A stretch of 64,000 nucleotides of DNA, from assembly GCA_951406725.2 (NCBI GenBank), contig OX597822.1, forward strand, positions 31,186,001-31,250,000, in the 5' to 3' direction. Numbering within the stretch: the stretch's first letter is position 1; each line of letters opens with the position of its first letter. Of this stretch, positions 54,593-64,000 are shown piece after piece. A program made the translations under genes and the position numbers. This DNA comes from Octopus vulgaris. Taxonomy: Eukaryota. Below the pieces are notes generated by a model. It was not told the origin of the DNA. It worked only from the letters and a program-made list of their open reading frames with translations, and did no database searches.

Positions 54593-56219
54593 CAGTTGCG
54601 GCCAAAATGTTCAGAACGGCATTGTGTTTGTCAGAAAAGTAAGTATAAGTTTTTATTAAAGTTCTTTTATATTCTATAACTTTCACAGACAATAAATACA
54701 ATATTAATTGGTATTGTCTTAGATTTTGGTGTAATTTGAGTGGATAATACAAAAGTTATGGATGATATAGTGATTTACCGCAAAACCCATGGCGGCCAAA
54801 ATTATCAGAACGGTTGAAAAAATAACAAAATAATCAAAAAGTGACAGAGAATACTGGAATTATTTCGTATTTAGTGTAAAGCCCTTTAGCTTCAATCAAA
54901 GTTTGACATTTTAGACGGCATGGGGAAATTAAATTTTCAATTTCTTGCTGGGTGATCTTATTCCATTCTTCCTGAAGGGCATTGCATAATTGCTCGGTTG
55001 TTTTAGGATTTCTGGCTTTCAAACATTCTAGAATATTCCACACATTTTCAATAGGATTGAGGTCTGGGCTTTTAGCAGGCCAATCCATAACAATAACCTT
55101 TTTCAGCCTTGAGGAAGTTCATGACCATCTTAGCCTTGTGACATGGGGCATTGTCCTGCATGAATATGGGTGGTCGCTTAGTTGAATTTCTCAGCACAGG
55201 CAAGACATGATCTTTTACAAGTTGTTTATAAACTCCTGCATTTACCTTTCCATGTAATCGCAGCAAAGGGCCCACAACATCTCCAGATATCATCCCCCAA
55301 ACCATGACACTTCCTCCATCGAATTTAACACTAGTCTTAAGGCATTTAGGAGACAATTTTTCACCTACTTTTCTACGAACGTACCTTTTCCCATCTGAGC
55401 CAAATAACATAGACTTAGATTCATCACTGAAATGCACCGTTTGCCATTTTTCTTGAGACCACAACACATGATCGGTTGCAAAGGTAAGACGACACTTTTT
55501 ATTCTTGGAGCTGATCAGTGGCTTCACTGCAGGTGCTCTTGCTTGTAGGTCATGTTCAACTAAAGGACGAGACACAGTTTTTCGAGATAAAGTTTTCTTC
55601 AGTACAATGCTCATTTCCCGGAAAACAGCAGCAGCAGTTTTAAATCTGTCCTTTTTAACCAACTTTACCATAGCACGATCTTCTCTCTTGGTCGTTTTTC
55701 TTGGCCTACCTGTAGACGTTTTTGCTTCACACGAACCACAATCATGGTAAGACCTTAAGAATACCGTGAACAACACTGTTTGACTTGTTAACAATCTTTG
55801 CAATAGACCTAATACTTAAGTTATCCTTCTTTCGAAGCTTAATAATCTGCTGACGAATTGGTAACGGAGTAAGTGGCATTATATTAACAAAGTAAACTGC
55901 AGATATTCTTACTAATGTTTAGTAAACGAACTGTCAAGTAAAAAATTCAAAACATTAGAGTTCGACGGTTAAATATACTAAAACATGGAGTAAAAGCAAC
56001 CGCTCTGATCATTTTGGCCGCCATGAGTTTTGCAGTAAATCGCTAAATCATCCATAACTTTTGTATTATCCTCTCAAACTACACTAAAATCTCAGACAAT
56101 AACAAATAATATCGTAGTTATTGTCTGTGAAAATTATAGAATATAAAACAACTTTGATGAAAACTTATACCTACTTTTCTGACGAAAACAATGCCGTTCT
56201 GAACATTTTGCCGCAACTG
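54593..56219 (-). mobile_element. Tc1-family transposon, IR/DR type, with about 222-bp TIRs and TA target duplication
   Basis: TA|CAGTTGCGGCCAAAATGTTCAGAACGGC ... GCCGTTCTGAACATTTTGCCGCAACTG|TA. TIRs are 54593-54815 and 55998-56219, each with outer and inner GCGG(C)CAAAAT..TCAGA.CGG direct repeats. Confidence 0.95.
54864..55879 (-). pseudogene. Tc1 DD34E transposase, two frameshifts
   Basis: MPLTPLPIRQQIIKLRKK start at 55879, then GRPRKTT, HFSDESK, MQDNAPCH and WPAKSPDLNPIENVW. There are 34 residues between the second D and E after frame correction. Confidence 0.92.
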
Positions 56220-57184
56220 TACTTATCAGTGTTGGGAAGAAATTTATTTCAATGATTTCGAAGTGTATACACCTTAGCTGATTTTAGCCAAAGAACACTT
56301 CAATATTACAAATATATATTCTTTTATTATGTTCATTCCTCCATAGAACTATTTTAAAACTTTCTCTATTCTTTCTTGTTCGCCACATTACAGAGACTCG
56401 CATAAAAATTATTGATGATATTCTCATTATCTCCAATTAATTATATACGCTAACACCCTATATTTGTTATCCTCTTCCACAGTGAAGTTGAAATTCAATA
56501 CGATATCAAATACAATGGAGTGAATATAAAGTGTGGAAAGAGATAAAAAAAACTGGAAGTCAGCGGGCATATGTACCCCGCCTTACAGACGTTTATCTCA
56601 AACTACAACTCATAGAAATCATACCAATAGGTATGGAAATAATTACAAAATTACTGACAATAGACATAATGTTTCTACTTTCCGTGTGTTTAAAGAATGA
56701 ATATTTGAGGTGCCGTATAGAGTACTTCTGCTATCGTCTCTCTGCTTTCAAATTCTCTTCTGGTTATTTGATTGGAATTTTATTTCCTATATTCGATACT
56801 TAAAATAGTAGTCAAATAGTAGGGTCAGCTCCTTTCAATTTCTCTTCATGTATTCAGTGACCCGTAGTTTTTAACTACTGTGAAGCCATAAAAAAACTAG
56901 GAATTGGCAAATATCCCAAACACATTTAAAGGAAATTTTGAAATGAACCGCACTTCGGCAATATATCTACTGCGATAGCTGACAAATGATCAAAATAAGA
57001 ACCGAATAACTAATAGTGACTAGCAGTTTTAAAATTCGTTTGAGTGCAGACGAAATCATGTAAATATTTCAATGCTAGGTATGAAACGTAAGCGAAGAGC
57101 TACGCTGTAGAATCAGGTTGTGTAGGATCAATTTCATCACGACGACAGCAAGTCATAAATTGCTAAAACGCGAAGACGTCGTGT

Positions 57185-58918
57185 ATTGACTTTCTAACAA
57201 ACTTTAAATGCAAACCTACCCTCTTCTATGGTCTGCCAAAAATTCATAAAAGCCAAATTATAAATGAAACCATTTAAAAATCACCAAAGACATACACACA
57301 CCTAACCCGGAGGACCTAAAACTACGACCCATTGTTGCTGGCCCAACCTGTGAAACACACAGACTAAGTCTATGTATGGACATCCTCCTGAAACCCTTCC
57401 TTAAACATATCGATAGCCATATCAGAGATGACTTAGATATGTTAAACCACCTTCCAAAAACAGCCAAGGAAGAAACAATCATGGTCTCATTTGATGTAGT
57501 TAACGTATATACCAGTATACCTCATAATTATGGACTAGAGGCAATACAGTTCTGGCTGGACCAATTTCCGGAAGAAATACCAAAAAGAATCAGTAAAGAA
57601 TTCATTACTAAATCAATTGAATTCATCCTACATAATAACCACTTCATGTTTGACAATACATTTTACCGTCAAAAATCCGGAATTGCTATGGGTACAAGGG
57701 CAGCACCAGTCATTGCGAACCTAACAATGGGCTACCTGGAAATAATCATTTACCAGGAATCTTTATCAATATATGGAAACCCCCTCTCTCAATACATAAA
57801 AGAAAATTGGAAACGATTCCTGGACGATTGTTTTATACTCTGGAATGAAAACACAGATAAACTCCTAAAATTTAAAAACCTATTGAACAGTATAAACCCA
57901 AATATACAGTTCACAATTGAATACAACAAAAAGGAGCTCCCATTCTTGGATATACTAATTAAAAAAATTAACCTTAAAATAGAAATAGACATGTTTTACA
58001 AAGCCACAGACGCCAAACAATACCTTCTTTTTTATTCATGCCACCCAAGACACACTAAAACAAACATCCCCTTCAACCTTGCAAGAAGGATATGCACAAT
58101 AGTGTCAGAACAAAATACCAGGAACTTTAGACTGCAAGAACTCAAAAACACCCTAATTGACAGACATTACCCAGCTCAACTCATAGAGGATGGGATCAGA
58201 CGTGCAACAGAAATCAACATAGAAACTTTAAGAAAAGTTCAACACAACAACACACCTTCCCCGAAAATACTACCTTACATATCCACATTCAACCCCAGAA
58301 TCAAAGAAGCCTTCACCATCATCACCCAGAATTTTCCAATACTTCATAAGGACCCCAAATTAAAGGAAATTCTAAACATACACCAAATCATTGAAAGCTA
58401 CAAACAACCTAAATCACTTAAAAAGATTCTCACAAAGGCAAAATTGTTTTCTGAAATTACGGATGCAAAAGTAAAAAAAATGTGGTAGACCGAACTGTGC
58501 AACATGTCCAAACCTGCTAGAAGGATCAGAATTCCTCTTCAAAGAGGGACAGAAATTCAAGATCAAATCTAATTTTACTTGTGCCTCTGAAAACATAATT
58601 CATGTCATAAAATGCTCGGGCTGCCACCAAGACTACGTGGGATCCACGGGACTATCACTCAGACGTAGATGCACACTGCATCGACAACAGATTGCATTCC
58701 CAGAATACATAATGATACCCTTTAGTGAGCACATTGAGAAATGCGCAAAGCAACTACTACCACAATTTCTAATCTTTCCATTCTACCAATTTGCTATCGG
58801 AACACCAACACAAATTGGACTAAACAAGGAAACATTCTTCATTGAAAAATACAAGCCCAAACTTAACCATTCCAACATACTTATACAGAGAAACTCAATC
58901 CAAAAGAAAGGCAAATAA
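57185..58918 (+). pseudogene. Penelope-like RT-GIY-YIG polyprotein, disrupted
   Basis: FYGLPKIHK, LRPIVAG, SFDVVNVYTSIP, GIAMGTRAAP, RFLDDCF, LPFLD, YKATD, SCHP. After a +1 A in the poly-A at about 58473-58480 it continues CGRPNCATC...CASENIIHVIKCSGCHQDYVGSTGLSLRRRCTLH...KETFFI. There is also a stop and frameshift near 57275-57300. Confidence 0.92.
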
Positions 58919-58996
58919 TTCTAAGCGATTATCTCCCTTACACGGGAAGAAATCACTTATTATCTATATCATCACTCAACGTAAACATAACGACTT

Positions 58997-59036
58997 AAGA
59001 AATTTGAAAAGTTGTACGCGAAACCGGTCATTTCTT
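58997..59036 (+). ncRNA. Minimal type I hammerhead ribozyme, U3-A8 variant, in the Penelope-like 3' region
   Basis: AAGAAAT-TTGAAAA-GT(TGTAC)GC-GAAA-CCGG-TC-ATTTCTT. Helix I is a perfect 7 bp, helix III is palindromic CCGG, and the cleavage triplet is GUC. Confidence 0.82.
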
Positions 59037-59149
59037 CTATATTATGTCAATGTATGAAAATAATTTATAACATTCTTCAGACATATTGACTCAAATATAT
59101 ATTTTTTAACCTTTTAAAACAAGCCTTCTGTAGTTTTTTCACTTTTTAC

Positions 59150-59189
<40 letters not shown>

Positions 59190-59245
59190 ATGTATGTAAT
59201 GTATGTATGTATAAGTGTTAGGTGTGATGTACAGAATTGAATATT

Positions 59246-59537
<292 letters not shown>

Positions 59538-59540
59538 ATT

Positions 59541-59634
59541 AGGCCATTGAAAAATTACAACGCCAGTCTGCTAGAAGTAGACCCCATTTGGGGGTCTATT
59601 TCTGGCAGACTGGCATAGTAATTATTCAATGCCC
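59541..59634. repeat. Hairpin with about 44-bp arms and a tiny loop
   Basis: GCCAGTCTGCTAGAAGTAGACCCC-ATTTG-GGGGTCTATTTCTGGCAGACTGGC, extended by CATTGAA..AATTAC and GTAATT..TTCAATG. Confidence 0.85.
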
Positions 59635-60460
59635 ATATTATGATTTTGATATAAATTAACCATTACGGTATTTTTGTGTGCTAACCACTGATAAATCGTT
59701 AAATAATAACTATATCCTAATTATGTATAAATATATATATGTGTGTGTGTATGTGTGTGTATGTGTGTGTGTCTGGGTGTATATATAGGATCACCAACAT
59801 TGTCAAAACACTTCCTACTATTTCTTAAAGGTGCGTATAGTTATATAAATATTCTGCTAAAAAATTGGTAAACAGCCAAATCATAATTCCCTATTCGATT
59901 ACAACACATCTATTTCTTTCATATTTAGTCATAGCTATTTTTTCTATTACTTATTCTTTGTTCTGTGCAGTTTATATCTTTGCCAAGCCTTAAGAGATTA
60001 CACTAGACTTCTTGCAAATAATTTCCTTCTTCATGAATTTTAATTTCCGACAAATGAGTTCATATTAAACAAAGGAGGTCATGCTTGCTCTATTTATGCT
60101 AATCATAGTAAACCGAAAAAGCAATTCAATGAACGAACGCCATTATTGGATATATATTTTCGAAGATGTAATTAATACAATCTATTATAGCAAAAAGAAT
60201 TTCCTGTAAAGCTCACAGAAGTCGGTGATTTATAATCTTGTGTACAAAAGGTATTCTGTAAAATAATTCCATTTTCTTAGATTATAGTTGTTGGATAGAC
60301 ACTGACCTGTTAAAAGAACATGATTGAAAACAAATAGTGATGTTGATAATTCAGTTGTTTCAAAATTGCCTGCTCTTTAATAGTCATTCAGAGAAACAAA
60401 TATCAGATGTAAATAAATGCTGCATATATGTATGTGTACTTATACATTCATAAGTATGGA

Positions 60461-60507
<47 letters not shown>

Positions 60508-60583
60508 TAATATATACACATATGTGTGTATGTATGAGTCTATTTGTGTGTGTTTCGATATATACATATCTATATCCATATAA

Positions 60584-60614
<31 letters not shown>

Positions 60615-60671
60615 TACATATATGTAGACGGATGTAGGACTAGATAAAGAGACATACAGATAAACAGATAA

Positions 60672-60717
<46 letters not shown>

Positions 60718-61555
60718 GTTCTTATTTTGCGTTTACACTCTTTGTTGCCTGCTCATATGCATATAAACATATACACAGATCCCCGCATATATCAGAAATT
60801 CGAAGCTAGCCATGAATTTCCTAACACTAAAAATATATCATTTCATGAACCCGTACGTACTCACATGTAACACAAGAGTTGTTCTCCATGTCCTGCCAAC
60901 AAACCATCACAAATAAAAAAAAATATTTGCAGTCAAATCGGACAACACTGAGAAACAACCTGTAACTCTCAAATGTCATCAATAAATCTATATTTGGAAC
61001 TCTGTTTCGTGAAAAGGTAGTATGTGTACCAAACACTTGTATTTATCGCTAAAACGAATTCGGAATTTAAAAAATCCAAAATGTTGATATTTCACTGGGT
61101 GCTCCCTTCGGTATCTCAATTTTCCTGATTCAAAAACTTGCGAATTGCACGTGTTTCTCATAGTTTACACTTGAAAATGGGTATCTGTTTGACAGAGATA
61201 TCGATGGTCTATAAAGCCAAACTTTAAAAGACCAATCGATAAAGTTGTAGATACATAAAGAAACTGCAGCATCTTTTGAATGAAGAACAGAAATACTTTT
61301 TAAATTTTGTCACCAGTGGAGATATTTTTTGTAAATTCTCAGAATGCGAAGCTTACAACTCGATACATTAGCATTTATTTTATGCAACTAAAAGTCAGCT
61401 CAAACATTTTCAGTCAAACAATAAAGGAAATAACATGGTGAAATATCCTAAAATATCATGGTGGAAATGTATGATAGACATATTGAAGGACGAGAATTAC
61501 AGGATTTTTTCGGAGTCTCCTTTAAGGAATTCTCATCTCTGTATGACCATTTGTG

Positions 61556-61598
<43 letters not shown>

Positions 61599-62106
61599 TT
61601 AACATAAAAAATAGATTTTGACACACAATGAACTAGGGAACTTCTAAGTGTATGCTTGACTTGCTAGAAATGCTACAACAATTTCCATTTAAATGATACA
61701 CCAGTCATTTTTGAAAGACGCATATTCCTAGATCCAACAAGTTTTAGAATATGCTGAGATGGTCTCAGCTGGCAACGTCCAATTATAAGTCTGATTAAAC
61801 CCGAGCTACATTGTATCTGTAATAACAATGGTATGAAAATGTAAGGGTTTCTCCCCATTTCTATGATTATTCTTGCTTAAAGAAACAAGATGATGAGTTG
61901 CTCGCGTGTCAGATAATTCGTGGAAAATAGTTCGTTGTGGTATGGTAGCCCAGTGATTGATGTAATGTTTGAGATCCCTGTATACTGAACTATTCGTGAG
62001 ATTGGTATAATTATATGCTTTACACACATTGATTCATCTTCGGCTCCTTTGCAAGAAGAGATTCAACATGAATAAGATTATAAAAAGAAAGTGATAGATC
62101 TGGTTA

Positions 62107-62415
62107 TATAATATTATCTGCACACGCTTAGATTCAGCACCGGTAATTAAGTCATGCAAGATTTCAGTACATAGACAATCTCTCGTCGCACGAACGATGA
62201 AATCACAACGATAGTAACGTCAGAAGGTAATATATCTGGCCATATAATTTTATCTGCACACTCTTTGATTCAATAACGGTAATTAAGGGTTGCACCAGAA
62301 TATAGGCAAACGCTCGTCACACGAACGATCACAATGACTACTATAATAAGAGAAGATTGTAATAGATTTAGTCATATAATATTATCTGCACACACTTAGA
62401 TTCAGTGTACCGGTC
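62107..62415 (+). repeat. Diverged tandem repeat, about 135-bp unit x2.3
   Basis: TATAAT(A/T)TTATCTGCACAC at 62107, 62243 and 62376. CTCGTC(G/A)CACGAACGAT at about 62182 and 62313. Confidence 0.85.
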
Positions 62416-62753
62416 GATTGTTGGCCTTGTGCCAAAATTTGAAACCATTATTAACTGAACGGTGTGAAATATTTTGTTGCTTGTTTTGTTAATAGCATTC
62501 GATCGTATGCTATTTATATATATATATATTTTGCACACAAAACCATCTACTAATAACATTAATAACCTTAAACAGAATTGTTAATTACAGTAATGATTCT
62601 CTAAAGAGAATAAAGAAATTTGCATAAATGATCATTCCGTTTTAATCAGAAAATTTTATCGGAACAATTTCGATGACTTTCATCTATATATTGACTATAA
62701 CACACTAGTAGGAAATTACTAATTTACACACACATAAACACTCACGCACATCC

Positions 62754-62794
<41 letters not shown>

Positions 62795-63369
62795 ACACAC
62801 ACACACACAGACACCCAGACTGACAGACACCTCTCACACATACAAACGTGAATGTATATACAGGTGGTTCCCTTTGGCAATGGCCGATAAAACATGGGAG
62901 ATAACCATTCCTTCACAACAACAGACAGGATAAAATATCTAAATTTGAAATGTAAGAAAACAAGTCATACAACATATTTTAATAAGAAAAGAATGAATAA
63001 TTAACTCATGAACTTCAATAGCTTACAGCTGTTTCTGCTATGAGATGAAATGCACTCATAGTTGAGTGCCTAAGCATCACCTTATAGGTGTAAGCTAACG
63101 AATTACATATTCGTTTGTCATCTCAATCTGAGTGCCGCTGTGTACTCGACTGAGGTTCACTTTAAAGCATATGTGTATTGATTCCTAATACAAGGCTATT
63201 ATTATCGCAAGGCATACACAAATTATGAATATCAATAAAAGTACCCATCTATCTATCTATCTATCTATCTATCTATACATACATACATACATACATACAT
63301 ACATACATGTCTATATATGTGCACAGAAAGTCACTCACACACACACATCCACACACACACATATACACA

Positions 63370-63910
63370 CACACACACTGTATCCACGTAAGACCATGAT
63401 CTTCACTTGATGATACTGATTAGATCTAGTCCACTGAAAAAATCTTGAAAATAACAATATGGTCAACATAGAGCTTTACTTTCAGGGATATACAGTCTCA
63501 AGGGGGCAATGTAGTTGAAACGACCCGACAGAGGACGTGTTCAGCAATATGACAACACTAGCTCCGGGTCACAAATTTCAGCAGGATACTAATTAAAGGC
63601 TCGGTTGGGAAGTTCTGCAGCATCCACCGTATGCTCCTGATATAGGGCATTCAGTTTATTACTTTTTTCTCTCACTTTCCAACGGACTGCGAGGTGTTTA
63701 ATTCAGCAATGATATGGAGCTGAAAGCGTAGCTAGATAAATTTTTCCAAAGAAGACGAAGTGGTTTATTCCATCGAGGTACAGACAAGATAGTGAAATAT
63801 TGTCAGGGAATCCTGAACAAAGAAGGGGAATATATTGTTCGCTGATCTGTAAAGACCATTGATGAAAATTAAAGATTAAGATAAATCGAAAAATAAGCAA
63901 GCAAGTTATC
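63370..63910 (+). pseudogene. Mariner transposase 3' fragment
   Basis: VQQYDNTSSG, LGWEVLQHPPYAPDIGHSVYYFFLSLSN and EGEYI relics of the DD34D C-terminus. Confidence 0.8.
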
Positions 63911-64000
63911 TGAAAAACTCATGTAAACGAAAATACAAACACGAAAATACAATCCCACACACAAACAAATAAACACACAAAAATAATACACACACATAGG

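Larger units (their letters stand above)
57185..59155 (+). mobile_element. 5'-truncated Penelope-like retroelement (Neptune-like), ending in (TA)n
   Basis: RT + Cys-rich linker + GIY-YIG reading frame, a 3' region with a hammerhead motif, and a TA tract at 59155-59187. Confidence 0.92.

Noticed and set aside
58470-58482. Programmed frameshift between RT and endonuclease
   Set aside because: Penelope-like elements encode one ORF. A single extra A in a homopolymer is better explained by mutation or sequencing error, and the copy has other lesions.
62107-62415. CRISPR-like array
   Set aside because: Eukaryotic context, only 2-3 units, spacers homologous to each other, and no cas genes.

Overview
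AT-rich, microsatellite-saturated animal genomic DNA, intergenic or intronic. The repeat families and composition look like an octopus (coleoid cephalopod) genome, which is an inference from recognising the repeats. No intact host protein-coding gene can be supported, and most ORFs in the track are translated microsatellites. The window is mainly decayed transposons: a 5'-truncated Penelope-like retroelement (RT + GIY-YIG, 57185-59155), a second Penelope-like 3' end split by a SINE (1-900), a near-complete IR/DR Tc1 element (54593-56219), a Chapaev3-like DNA transposon (5085-6746), a deleted Helitron (47386-49050), several mariner relics and MITEs, LINE fragments and at least three tRNA-derived SINE families. 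The most notable hidden layer is a dense set of minimal type I hammerhead ribozyme motifs. About 4 are well formed and about 6 are degenerate, using either the canonical CUGAUGA core or the compensatory U3-A8 UUGAAAA core. Most sit in short fold-back (inverted-repeat) inserts bounded by (TA)n tracts. One pair ends at the predicted self-cleavage site and one lies downstream of a tRNA-like head. Together these suggest a ribozyme-processed, microsatellite-targeting family of tiny non-autonomous retroelements mobilised by Penelope-like elements.
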